DNA from: Candidatus Hodarchaeota archaeon
GTDB taxonomy: Archaea; Asgardarchaeota; Heimdallarchaeia; Hodarchaeales; Hodarchaeaceae
DNA: 60,841 nucleotides
Direction: 5' to 3'
Assembly: GCA_016839785.1 (NCBI GenBank)
Contig: JAEOTQ010000155.1
Coordinates: forward strand, 1-60,841
Below, in pieces: positions 47,168 through 56,954 of this stretch; within the stretch, counting starts at the first letter, position 1, and each line of letters opens with the position of its first letter. The notes under the pieces were generated by a model, which had not been told where the DNA came from, did not search any database, and saw nothing but the letters and a program-made list of their open reading frames with translations. The translations under genes were made by a program, and so were the position numbers.

Positions 47168-47734
47168 ATAGATCAATTTATCATTCAAGAACTGGATTCC
47201 TACGTATACCTTGTCTTTGGAGGTATAATTCAAGACCTAAGTGAGTCAATTGATGTCAAAGGGAGCTTAGAAGAATTAGAAGAAAAACATAAGTTGGTAG
47301 GTTCGCAATTATTTGATTTTCGTCCCATATGGGGATATAAACATATATTTTCAGCTCTTTGGCATGCCGAGAAAGCAAAAAATGCTGATAGAATGATTTC
47401 TAATTCGTTCTCCATGGAGATTTTACTATATATTGCAGGTTGTCGGCAAATAAAAAAAGCATTGGAAATGTTAGGTGTAAAGGAAAGTACTCATAAGATT
47501 ATAGGTGTATTGGTGGCTGAATCACGTGATGTTCTGCCTGTAGCACATACCGATCTAAAAGAAAGGATACGTTTCAAACCTTCTCTGCATATTATTGAAG
47601 AATTTGACCTAAAACGGGAATGGTTTATTCAACAACTCTTTGAAGATAATTACCAGAATGCAGATAAATTCTCTGATTCAGATATTGAAAAAGCTCAGCT
47701 AGAAAAGGTTGCTTTGCTTGCTTTAAATGCATAA
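47168..47734 (+). CDS. cgi121: KEOPS subunit Cgi121
   Basis: HIFSALWHA...ISNSFSMEILLYIAGCRQIKKALEMLG...LEKVALL. The frame is open back to 47165, with ATA at 47168 after a GGAG RBS. Confidence 0.88.
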   Translation: MDQFIIQELDSYVYLVFGGIIQDLSESIDVKGSLEELEEKHKLVGSQLFDFRPIWGYKHIFSALWHAEKAKNADRMISNSFSMEILLYIAGCRQIKKALEMLGVKESTHKIIGVLVAESRDVLPVAHTDLKERIRFKPSLHIIEEFDLKREWFIQQLFEDNYQNADKFSDSDIEKAQLEKVALLALNA

Positions 47735-47742
47735 GCTAATAT

Positions 47743-48297
47743 TTACTCTGATAGAAACGTTACCATACTTATGTCTGATTTTGGAGCCATAACGCTCAAA
47801 CCTGTTAAATCACGGATAATTTCGATTCTAATTTCAATATCAGGGTCTTTCAATTGGACAATTCCCCAATTTATCTCCTCTGCGACATCTTTGATTATTT
47901 GTACTGATCGTAAATTGCTCTGACGTTTGTTGAGAGTTATTCTCCAAGTATTTGAGGGAAGGATTTTTTCCTGAGCAAGTTTTTTTGTATGGATAATAAT
48001 TGATGGAAGATCAGTTTTGATTATGTATTCTAACGGAACAAGTTTTAAACACGCAATTAAAGGACCTTTTTCTGCAATATAGCCCCGTATGCCTTTAATT
48101 ACAGTAAATGGATTCACCGTTTCATCTACAAGTTTTAAAATTGATAATCCTGGAACTCTAGCCTTTAATGGTTTAACATCATAATTTAAAATATCTGAAA
48201 TTACATAGAATGCTTCTGAGAGGGCATCCCGTTCATTAGTCCTTTGAGAGCTGATTAAGAAGCTCATCACAGATCCCAAACGAGATTTAATCTTCAC
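47743..48297 (-). CDS. THUMP-domain RNA-binding protein
   Basis: KLVPLE...TWRITLNKR...VQLKDPDIEIRIEII. Confidence 0.85.
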   Translation of the reverse strand: MKIKSRLGSVMSFLISSQRTNERDALSEAFYVISDILNYDVKPLKARVPGLSILKLVDETVNPFTVIKGIRGYIAEKGPLIACLKLVPLEYIIKTDLPSIIIHTKKLAQEKILPSNTWRITLNKRQSNLRSVQIIKDVAEEINWGIVQLKDPDIEIRIEIIRDLTGLSVMAPKSDISMVTFLSE

Positions 48298-48463
48298 TTC
48301 TAAGTAACCAAGCAGAAGAGATGAGGTCAGTAGTACCGCATTTTGGACAACTTGGTTTCGTTATGTAAATACCTTCTTCTTCAATCGTGATAAATTTTGC
48401 TTTCTGAAAACGGTTTTCGCATTCCTTATTCTGGCAAATATATACATCTGGTTTTTCTACCAT
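48287..48463 (-). CDS. 58-aa CPxCG zinc-ribbon protein (absent from the ORF track)
   Basis: MVEKPDVYICQNKECENRFQKAKFITIEEEGIYITKPSCPKCGTTDLISSAWLLRSED*; fills the gap between the GTPase and THUMP genes. Confidence 0.75.
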   Translation of the reverse strand: MVEKPDVYICQNKECENRFQKAKFITIEEEGIYITKPSCPKCGTTDLISSAWLLRSED

Positions 48464-48489
48464 AATTCACATTTCCACGTAAATTTCAA

Positions 48490-49191
48490 TTAAATTTGTT
48501 TATGCCCAAATTCTAGGATATCTATTATATTGGATACTCCCTTCGCTAGAAAATATCGATTATTATCCCAATCCGCAATAACTAGTCTTCGCCATGAAGC
48601 AAATTGAAGTTGAGAAAGAATATCAGATTCAGATTGTCCCATTGATTTAACAATGTCATCCAAGTTTCCAGTTGATTTTTTAACGGCTTGTAAAATCGGA
48701 TAATAATGTTTCACTGCGTTTAGAACGATTAAACCAAGAGCTCGTTCCAAGTTTTTACCTGTTTTTGCCGATGTACCTATCACAGATATTGAAGAGGCTC
48801 TATTGCCCAGAATGGTATTTGCAACTTCCTCTGGACTTTTAGCTCCCAAAATATCCTGCTTGTTTGCACAAAGAACTATTGGTGTTCCTGGTAAAATCTC
48901 ATCAATTTCAATGAGAAGCTTTTTCGCTTCATCAAACGAAGCCACATTGACTGAATCAACGACGAACAATATCCCATCAGCCCCTTTACTTAAAATTTTT
49001 CTTATGATTTCGAATCGTTGCAATCCAGGAGTCCCGAAAAGAAATATTTCAACTCCATAAATTGTGGTTTTGCAGTGGTCCAAGGCAATTGTAGTTCCAC
49101 CATAATCAATAGAAATTGCTTTTCCTGAGCAAATCTTTTGAACTGTCGAAGATTTTCCACTATTGTAGGGGCCAAGGATTACAATTTTCAT
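48490..49191 (-). CDS. MglA-related small GTPase with C-terminal wHTH-like domain
   Basis: GPYNSGKSS, GTTIALD, FGTPGLQRF, ANKQD and SAKTG; C-terminal LDDIVKSMGQSESDILSQL...LVIADW..RYFL. Confidence 0.85.
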   Translation of the reverse strand: MKIVILGPYNSGKSSTVQKICSGKAISIDYGGTTIALDHCKTTIYGVEIFLFGTPGLQRFEIIRKILSKGADGILFVVDSVNVASFDEAKKLLIEIDEILPGTPIVLCANKQDILGAKSPEEVANTILGNRASSISVIGTSAKTGKNLERALGLIVLNAVKHYYPILQAVKKSTGNLDDIVKSMGQSESDILSQLQFASWRRLVIADWDNNRYFLAKGVSNIIDILEFGHKQI

Positions 49192-49833
49192 GACGTATTA
49201 CCACATCGAAATATGCCTAGTTGTTCTTCTTCGATAGATCTTAACTCTGTTGTGGTTTATTATGTGATAATTCTTTATAATACTGATTAAATGAAATATG
49301 GTAAAAATCTCAATTCCTTCCAGTGAAGCAAAGGGAGGATTTTTACATTAATTTTAGATGTCTACTAAAATCTACATTTTCGCCTTAAAAAGATTAGCTA
49401 ATCTAAGCCAGATTTATCTCAGTGATCGTTTTTTTACCCCTCTGGCCGAACATTTCTGATAAAAGCTAACCGAGAATAGTATCCTTTAAAATTGTAAAGG
49501 ATATAAATGGAAAATCTATCAATCTGGAAATTTCCTTTCATAATTCATCTCTAGTTCAGATAATCCTGCGTTTCCATAAGCAATGAATAACATATTAGAT
49601 ATTATGAGACAGCCATTGAAGAACATCTGTTAAATGATAATTGCGTGAATAAATTTATCATTTCTAAAACTATCTTGACTTTTTTCGCTCTTCATGGTTA
49701 ATTGAATGCTTTTAATGCAACTAGACAAGCAAAGGGCCTTTAACGGGTGTATTAAAAAAGAAAAAGACAAATAGATAAAAACTGAACAAAATTTGGCTTT
49801 GTCTTGAGACACTAATAAGGAGTCAAAGAAAAA

Positions 49834-50256
49834 ATGGCACAGCTCCTCTATCGAAACCTTTGGGCACCAAAAGAGTTACGTACCCTTCTTTTAGGCGTAT
49901 TTATGATATCATTAGGTTTTTTACTTGAACTGATCTTTCTTTTCTTTCTTGATGACATAAAAAATTCTTTTCTCGGAGTTTTGTATTGGGAAATCACTCT
50001 TTTAGGAGGATCTACTACCCCATTATTAATAATATTCCATTTAATTGTATGGAGTATAATATTTTTTGCTACTTTGATGGTTTATACCGTTATTCGCGAA
50101 TACACTGGCGGAAGAACTGGTATTTCAGAAATTGCAGGTATAATTATTATATTAACGATTACTACTGGGTTAATCTTTGATGAATGGTTTGCTCTCTTCT
50201 TTCTTATTGCTTCGAGCCTAATAATTGGATATCTCTACCTTGTTGTAGGTGAGTAA
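49834..50256 (+). CDS. Hypothetical 4-TM membrane protein
   Basis: Four hydrophobic segments; AGGAG RBS upstream. Confidence 0.75.
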   Translation: MAQLLYRNLWAPKELRTLLLGVFMISLGFLLELIFLFFLDDIKNSFLGVLYWEITLLGGSTTPLLIIFHLIVWSIIFFATLMVYTVIREYTGGRTGISEIAGIIIILTITTGLIFDEWFALFFLIASSLIIGYLYLVVGE

Positions 50257-50348
50257 CCCTTCTTCGTGAATATTTTCTCGAAAATATGTGAGGATTGAAC
50301 TTAGAAAAAGAAAGAAATGAGGAATATTCTTCCCCATTTTGTTTACTG

Positions 50349-51161
50349 TTACGCTAATTCTCTTTTTTGAAAAACGAATATTGCACCTGCTGTAGCAAGT
50401 ATACCAACAGATGCCACGATAAGTACATCAGCTATCGGTAGCTTTCCAGAGTGGTTAATTGCGGATGCGTTCAGATAATGGAAAATAGAAAAGTCCTGTA
50501 GGAAGTTAATACTCTCCACAATTCCTCCGAATCGCTCCATCATGTATTGACCAAGAATTATTAGTCCAGAAAATGCCATTGCTTTGTTGGATTCCAGAAA
50601 AAGCATTCCACATAAATATGAGAGGGATCCTAATGCGAAGAAGAGTAACCATGATCCAATACCAGCGTATACAACCAATGTAAGATCAACTGCTTCTTCT
50701 GCAAGAAGCCATCCCATATTGACCATTAGTTCGTTCGTTAAGAATGTTGTTACTAAGATAAGGATGGGGTAGAGAAGGTTATAGGTTAAATAGACGCTGA
50801 ATTTCTCAAGAGCATATTGCCAGCGAGGAACAGGATAACTCAACATGACATCAAGAGTGTTATTATCCATTTCAGAAGCAATCATTCGAGCTGGAATGAA
50901 GATTGTAGCAAAAATCATTACCCACTCAAGTAGCATGAATATGTACATGAAGTACATTCCCTGCCAGGTACTTAGATCAACTAAGTCCCCAAGCATCACA
51001 CGATAAATAGGACTTTTTAGCAGTTCTTGGAAAGAAGCCATTTGTTCACTTAATTCTGGCCATAAACTCCCAATAAAAGGAATGAAGATGACAATAACTA
51101 TGGGGAAAGATATTCCTAACACCCAATATTTCTTTAAATTTTTTCTATATACTGTAAGCAT
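50349..51161 (-). CDS. ABC-2 type exporter permease
   Basis: IASEMDNNTLDVMLSYPVPR...K, SIFHY and FQKREL; about six TM helices. Confidence 0.9.
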   Translation of the reverse strand: MLTVYRKNLKKYWVLGISFPIVIVIFIPFIGSLWPELSEQMASFQELLKSPIYRVMLGDLVDLSTWQGMYFMYIFMLLEWVMIFATIFIPARMIASEMDNNTLDVMLSYPVPRWQYALEKFSVYLTYNLLYPILILVTTFLTNELMVNMGWLLAEEAVDLTLVVYAGIGSWLLFFALGSLSYLCGMLFLESNKAMAFSGLIILGQYMMERFGGIVESINFLQDFSIFHYLNASAINHSGKLPIADVLIVASVGILATAGAIFVFQKRELA

Positions 51162-51172
51162 TGATAAAACCT

Positions 51173-52117
51173 CTATTCATAGTATTGCAAAAAGATTTCT
51201 TCCAAAGAGGCATCCTCAATGGTTATTCGCGCTATCTGATAACTCCTTAACCATTGAAGGAAGGAATTAACGTCTTCACTAATCGTTAAGTTGAAAACAG
51301 TTTTTTTAATCTGATCAACGGATATAATTGATGAATTTTTGGGAAAATCAGAGATTTCTGGGACATTGGAGGTATCAAATTTTATTGAAATATGTTGAAC
51401 GAATTTAGATCGTAAATCCTCAATATCCTCTATCAAAATCATACGTCCGTCTCGAATAATCCCAACACGATCACATACGGATTGGACCTCTGCAAGGTCA
51501 TGAGAACTCAGAAAGATCGTGTGGCCTTCTTTCTTAAGGTTTTTTAATATCCTATGGAAATTAGCGGTCATTAAAGGATCTAAACCTGATGTTGGTTCAT
51601 CTAAGATGAGAAAATCAGGTTTTGCAGCGAGAGCTAATATGATTCCTACTTGTTGACGATTTCCAGATGAAAGCGCTTTGATTTTCAGACTCAAATCGAC
51701 TCTGAACATTGATCGCAGCTCTTTCAGAAAAACTGGGTCTACAGGACGAAAAGCATTATAGAAATCTATCAGTTCATTACCTGTAAAGTTCTTGAATAAT
51801 GCCAAGTCTCCTGGTATATATCCAATCCTTTTTCGTATTTCTAAAGCGTCAAGATGATGGTCTAATCCAAAAATACTTATCTTACCACTCTGCATTTTTA
51901 AATAATCAAGAATACATCTAATAGTTGTGGTTTTTCCTGCACCATTCGGACCAAGGAATCCAAAAATTTCACCTTTCTTTACCAAGAAGCTAACATCTTC
52001 TGCTCCTACTACTCGGCGGCTGAGAGTCTTTCCTGCAATACTTGATAGAAAAGAACGGCCATAAATCTTCGTAATTTCCGAAACTTGAAGGACTTGATCA
52101 CTATCAATTTTACTCAT
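51173..52117 (-). CDS. ABC exporter ATP-binding subunit
   Basis: GPNGAGKTT, LSSGN, LILDEPTSGLDP, SSH and SLEEIFLQYY. Confidence 0.95.
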   Translation of the reverse strand: MSKIDSDQVLQVSEITKIYGRSFLSSIAGKTLSRRVVGAEDVSFLVKKGEIFGFLGPNGAGKTTTIRCILDYLKMQSGKISIFGLDHHLDALEIRKRIGYIPGDLALFKNFTGNELIDFYNAFRPVDPVFLKELRSMFRVDLSLKIKALSSGNRQQVGIILALAAKPDFLILDEPTSGLDPLMTANFHRILKNLKKEGHTIFLSSHDLAEVQSVCDRVGIIRDGRMILIEDIEDLRSKFVQHISIKFDTSNVPEISDFPKNSSIISVDQIKKTVFNLTISEDVNSFLQWLRSYQIARITIEDASLEEIFLQYYE

Positions 52118-52142
52118 TTCTTAGTGTCCTCCACTAATTCTT

Positions 52143-52167
52143 TTATTTGCGTAACTGACGCAAATAA
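52143..52167. promoter_or_regulatory. Palindromic operator upstream of the ABC exporter operon
   Basis: Perfect inverted repeat TTATTTGCGT-n5-ACGCAAATAA between a minus-strand TATA-like element (about 52173-52182) and the start codon at 52117. Confidence 0.65.
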
Positions 52168-52361
52168 GTCAAGTATAAATATTTATTGTTGAACCCGAGA
52201 AGAAGAAGTTTCATCTCCGAATTTATTTATTGGGTTATGAAAAAAGGATTTTCTGATCTCAGAGACTATAGATAAAATCTATATCATAATAGAAGTTAAT
52301 CTTCTCTTATTTGTCTCCTTGAAGAGGAGATTTATAACAGTAAAATTGGAGTTATACAATT

Positions 52362-52889
52362 ATGTCTGCACAATACCAGTCTGGATTGGGAATTGAACAT
52401 CCTTATTCCCATCAGATTATGATCGGAAGTATCGTCTTCTTTTTTATAACATGGCTCTTAGACACATTTTTAGTTCAATTATTTGTAGATCTAAGGAACG
52501 GAGTTCCGCTTATTATTCGGATCTTTTTATTTGTAGTAACGGTGGGTTTCTCCTTTATATTGATGAATACTTCCCAGAAAAAGATTTTCTCACAGTCCAA
52601 GGGCCAAGAAGGTTTAGTATCTGATGGGGTCTATGCACTTGTTCGACATCCATTATATCTTAGTATTCCCGTGCTTTATCTAGCGTTTACCTTTCTTTCA
52701 TTTTCTGTCCTATCCTTACTTTCAATCATTGTCATCTTCTACTTTTTCAACAAGATGGTCGAATTTGAAGAAAAAGAACTAGTAAATATTCTTGGAGACG
52801 TTTATAGTGATTATATGATTCGCGTTCCAAGATGGATTCCCCGTTTATCGGCGATAAATGAATTGATTTTCTTATCAAATGATAACTGA
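52362..52889 (+). CDS. ICMT/PEMT-family membrane methyltransferase
   Basis: LVSDGVYALVRHPLY...EEKEL...G..Y..Y..RVPRWIP. Confidence 0.88.
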   Translation: MSAQYQSGLGIEHPYSHQIMIGSIVFFFITWLLDTFLVQLFVDLRNGVPLIIRIFLFVVTVGFSFILMNTSQKKIFSQSKGQEGLVSDGVYALVRHPLYLSIPVLYLAFTFLSFSVLSLLSIIVIFYFFNKMVEFEEKELVNILGDVYSDYMIRVPRWIPRLSAINELIFLSNDN

Positions 52890-52972
52890 TCAATTGCTAT
52901 ACAATTGAATAAGAGTATGTATTTATAGTAACCAAAGAATATTATCTTCAGAATAATTTAGAAATAGAAGGA

Positions 52973-53629
52973 ATGCAGATTCCAATGACCTACCTATCAA
53001 ATGTTAAACGTGAATCGTCCTTTGGTTTTTTATTATGGCTAAAATGGCTGGTAGTCAGTTTAGTCGGGTGGGCTGCGTTATTATATTCAATATTGTACCT
53101 TGAAGAATATATTTTGATCGTTGGAGGGATTATCATAAGTAGTATCTTTATAGGTCTTACTCAATGGTTTAACATAAGACATGCGTTTACTTGGGCAAAA
53201 TCGTGGATCATAGTGAATATTCTGATGGTTCCTCTTGGATTAACTTATGCAGCATCATTAGGAGCATTAGTTCTAGGTGTAGGTCTTGCTGGTGGTGTTT
53301 TGGGAAAAGAATGGCTAGGGGTTGTTGGTAGTATTTTTCTTCCTGCCATTTCAATCGCGATAGCCTATGTTTTGTATATGTTTATCACCAGTAAGATAGT
53401 GAGAAGACTAGTTGAAAGAGTTGAAGGAAACCGCGTCACTCTACTTGAACAAATTATTGTCATTGGATTTTCAGTAACTATCGCCTTAACTGTGAATGTT
53501 CTCATAAGTTTGTTTGATTCAGGTGCTGGAATATTATCTGGTGGAGTGGTTTTCGCTGTAATTACGGGTTGGGGGGTAAATGAAATTGGGCAACCGACAC
53601 GTTGGGCGAAAATGGAGACGAAAGAGTAA
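52973..53629 (+). CDS. Hypothetical multi-pass membrane protein
   Basis: Six to seven Gly-rich hydrophobic helices. Confidence 0.75.
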   Translation: MQIPMTYLSNVKRESSFGFLLWLKWLVVSLVGWAALLYSILYLEEYILIVGGIIISSIFIGLTQWFNIRHAFTWAKSWIIVNILMVPLGLTYAASLGALVLGVGLAGGVLGKEWLGVVGSIFLPAISIAIAYVLYMFITSKIVRRLVERVEGNRVTLLEQIIVIGFSVTIALTVNVLISLFDSGAGILSGGVVFAVITGWGVNEIGQPTRWAKMETKE

Positions 53630-53679
53630 TTCTATCTCCTTTACCAGTGACGTAAAATAATAGTTTGACGAAGTTGAAC

Positions 53680-54258
53680 TTAATTGCTAAGATAGAACTT
53701 CTTGTTATCATTCCACCATTTAAGCCATTTTGCTCTGCTATCATATCGGTTCTTTTTCTTTACACCCATTACAAACGTACCTCCCTTTCCTAATACTCTT
53801 TTTACTTGATAAATTTGGCCAGTATGGCCTAGGAAATGAAGGGAAATTCTCTGAATTAATTCAGCGATAGTTTCTGTATTTCCTCCAGTATTGTATTCTG
53901 GTAGATCTGTAAAGTTCTCATCAGGTAAGTTATTGAGAAAATTGAAACTGATCTTTGAAAACTCAAGAAATGTATCTACAAGTTCCGAATAAGACATAGG
54001 AAAGACTCTATTTTTCCTTCTTTTTGGATCTAATCTAAAATAATCCCGAATATCTTTACTAATTTTCCTTTCACCAAGACATAGACCATTGAAAATCGTG
54101 TCCATGTGTATTACAAGATGTCCAATTACCCATCTAATTGGGTTTAGGTTCGAAGTTATCTGTTTTTCAAAATCTTCTGGTTTAAGCCTCATAATTGCCT
54201 TTAGAACATTCCATTCAGCAATTTAAAAAGTCTCTATTGCATATGATTTTAGATTCAC
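53680..54258 (-). pseudogene. DinB-family protein with an in-frame TAA at codon 12
   Basis: GTG at 54258 gives MNLKSYAIETF*IAEWNVLKAIMRLKPEDF...NPIRWVIGHL...HFLGHTGQI; stop at 54223-54225. Confidence 0.6.
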
Positions 54259-54417
54259 TTTAGTGCCCTTCTCGAGATGGTAGATATGAAATTTTAAATT
54301 TTCAAAATAAAAAGTCTCTCCACATCCTTTAAAATAGGAATGACTTTGCTACTATTTGAATTTACTAATTACTGATATTTATCAGAATTCATCATAATGA
54401 CAGGAGTAGGTCCATAG

Positions 54418-54975
54418 ATGAGTGATAATCCTACTAAAAATGAATATAAGGACATTATTAAACTTGAAGAGGAAATTTCTAACTTTTTTGAAGATTTAAT
54501 GTACGATCGTGGAGGATCCCCTTTGTTGGGAAGGATTTTTGCTCTCTGTGTATTGACTTCTTCCCAGAAACCGCTATTACAAAAAGAATTAGTAGATAAA
54601 TTCGAGGTAAATCCTTCCACCATTAGTCGCAATCTGAAGGAACTTGAGAACTGGAAATTAGTTGATAGACGTCGTGAACCAGGCTCTAGAGAATGGAAAT
54701 ATCAGGTTGAGCCCACCGCGTATCTTGAGCTCCTTGTTAACGAATTTGAAGAAAATGTGAATAACCTACGAGAGCGAGAAGGGGGTTTAAGGCGTATACG
54801 TGAGCGGTGGGGTAAAACTTTAAGTCAAGAGTCCAAAGAATCTCCTGGAGGAAAACGTACCCTACAAGTTCTTGACTTTCTAATTAATTGGATGGATATT
54901 GTGGCTTCAGAACAAGATGAACTAATTCAAACCCTCCATCGACGATTTCTAGAGTTAGAGAAGAGTATTGAGTAA
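54418..54975 (+). CDS. GbsR/MarR-family transcriptional regulator
   Basis: GRIFAL...LLQKELV...PSTISRNLKELENWKLV.R...GSR...Y. Confidence 0.88.
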   Translation: MSDNPTKNEYKDIIKLEEEISNFFEDLMYDRGGSPLLGRIFALCVLTSSQKPLLQKELVDKFEVNPSTISRNLKELENWKLVDRRREPGSREWKYQVEPTAYLELLVNEFEENVNNLREREGGLRRIRERWGKTLSQESKESPGGKRTLQVLDFLINWMDIVASEQDELIQTLHRRFLELEKSIE

Positions 54976-55121
54976 ATTTGGAAACAAAATACTCTTTATC
55001 AAACTTTTTACACCTTCAATTAATCCTAAATCTCCAGAAATCCTTAGAAGTATAATCTCTCAGCCTGGGACGGTGTCGTCATTAAATACCGGTTGGTATA
55101 TTCTCATCATCGAGACTAGAA

Positions 55122-55490
55122 TTAATTTCCTACAAGTGTTTTCTTCAGAGCATGATATCGATCGTGATAATTTACATTACATAAATACTTTTTAGCCTTT
55201 TTTAAGGATCCTGTTAAACATTCCGAGTGAATAAAAATGGGTTGAGAATGATGGGAAGTGATAAAACAAATACTTGCTCGTACTAAGTTTACAGATTGAT
55301 GTGACATACGAAAAATTCCTCCTTGTTTTTGAGGATCGAAATGTGACAGATATAGTCCCACTTTCGATGCCCCAGTAACTCCAAAAAGCCTTTTTACTTC
55401 AGTAGCAAGTAAAAACCACGCATCTTTCTCAGAAACTTCTTCCTGACATATGAATCGGACCGTTAAGTAGCGTACGCGCTCTTTTTTCAT
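55122..55490 (-). CDS. rnp2: RNase P protein Pop5/Rpp14
   Basis: ERVRYL...LFGVTGAS...GIFR..H...VRAS...TGSLKKAK; downstream of Rpp30. Confidence 0.9.
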   Translation of the reverse strand: MKKERVRYLTVRFICQEEVSEKDAWFLLATEVKRLFGVTGASKVGLYLSHFDPQKQGGIFRMSHQSVNLVRASICFITSHHSQPIFIHSECLTGSLKKAKKYLCNVNYHDRYHALKKTLVGN

Positions 55491-55491
55491 T

Positions 55492-56235
55492 CTATTCTTC
55501 CTCCTGAATATTAATATCCCTTTCTGGTGCTAGATAAATTCCAGGGGCTAGATAATCTTTGCTGATTTTTATTTGATTACGGGAGAGCAGATGAGTTGGT
55601 ATAGTGCTCAATGAATTTAGCGGAGGTTCTTTTTTAGAAAAGAGAACTTGTGCAAGAGACGCTAGGTCATAGGGGGATCGCAATTCACTTTGATTAGAAG
55701 CCCCCGAATTCACGATTATTGGTACTGATTTTATCTGTGCAATTTCCAAAGCTTGTCGAATTTGGCGAAAGACGGGAATTTGAGTACGTTCAGGGGATAG
55801 GTAGAGCTCACTTAGAGAAATTTCAAGATGTTTGGCGAACTTGATCATTAGTTTGGCAATAGAACGGGTAAATAGTTTGCTAATCTGATGGGGTGGAAAT
55901 ACCAAAATATCTATTCGATTATCCTGTGCAGCCCAACCAACAATCTCAGAATCTGAACATTTAACGGATATTATAGGGAAATTTCTTCTCTCTCTTCTTA
56001 GAATCTGCACAATTTTTTCCTTAGGTACTTTACTAGCATCGATATCTAATCTATTAACGAGTTCTAAAGAATGATTGTCCGAAAATTTACTAAAATCCTC
56101 GGTTTTGGTATTCCACTGTCTCCCAAGCCAGATTTGAGAATAACCCAGAAGATGGCTAACCTCTAGAATGGCACGTAAATTAGAAGGTGTAACAGAAGTA
56201 ATATAGTCAACAAATTTACGTTGCACACGTATCAA
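55492..56235 (-). CDS. rnp3: RNase P protein Rpp30
   Basis: LGYS, AAQDNRIDIL, LEISL, PIIVNSGA...LRSPYDL; located between rpl15e and pop5. Confidence 0.88.
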   Translation of the reverse strand: MIRVQRKFVDYITSVTPSNLRAILEVSHLLGYSQIWLGRQWNTKTEDFSKFSDNHSLELVNRLDIDASKVPKEKIVQILRRERRNFPIISVKCSDSEIVGWAAQDNRIDILVFPPHQISKLFTRSIAKLMIKFAKHLEISLSELYLSPERTQIPVFRQIRQALEIAQIKSVPIIVNSGASNQSELRSPYDLASLAQVLFSKKEPPLNSLSTIPTHLLSRNQIKISKDYLAPGIYLAPERDINIQEEE

Positions 56236-56384
56236 ATTCCTATATGATGTACTACATTCGAGTATAGTCGCTTTCGAGAAACAATCTTATTAAATCTTTC
56301 AGTAAATCAAACTCTGAAAAAGAAAAAGAGAAGAAAGAAATTGGATTGAACGTTCTCTCGTTCGATGAAGAATTAATGTATGGC

Positions 56385-56948
56385 TTATCTGTCATACGAT
56401 GGACGAGTGTGTTCGCTTCCTTTACCTTTTTTGTGTAGTCCGCGACTTCTTTGCCCTGCGGATGTTTTACCTCTGAAAACACGACCTTTATGTCCTTTAT
56501 TACAGATCCAGTTTATTTTAGGATCTGATTGAATTTCGGGAGCTTCAGGATCAACAAGAATTACTTCAAACCACCTATGAAGTCCGTCTGATAATACTGG
56601 ATAACTGTTCAGAACTTCAAGATTAGGGAATTTTCTTGCGCATCTTTCTTCCGCAATCCATTGTCGTGACTTTTTTGGGGTAATTCGATTAACACCCATA
56701 CGTTTAGAACGACGTCCTTGAACAGGCCGTGATTTTCGACGTCCTCCTCTCGGTACACGGACGCGGGCCAAAATAAACCCTTTTTTCCGGCGATACCCTA
56801 GAGCACGAGCCCGATCGATTCTTGTAGAATGATCTAAGCGAACAATACTGGGCTCTCGTCGCCATTTAACAAGCCTAGAGATTCTTAGCTTCTTAAACTC
56901 GGTAGTTCGTTCTTTCCAGAACTTAGATACATATTTGTATGAACTCAT
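56385..56948 (-). CDS. rpl15e: 50S ribosomal protein eL15
   Basis: TRIDRARALGY, AEERCARKFPNLEVLNSY, FEVILVDP and RVFRGKTSAG. Confidence 0.97.
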   Translation of the reverse strand: MSSYKYVSKFWKERTTEFKKLRISRLVKWRREPSIVRLDHSTRIDRARALGYRRKKGFILARVRVPRGGRRKSRPVQGRRSKRMGVNRITPKKSRQWIAEERCARKFPNLEVLNSYPVLSDGLHRWFEVILVDPEAPEIQSDPKINWICNKGHKGRVFRGKTSAGQRSRGLHKKGKGSEHTRPSYDR

Positions 56949-56954
56949 ATAAAT

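Noticed and set aside
54223-54225. Stop-codon recoding in the DinB gene
   Set aside because: The codon is TAA, which serves as a normal stop throughout the window; no SECIS/PYLIS-like context was recognised.
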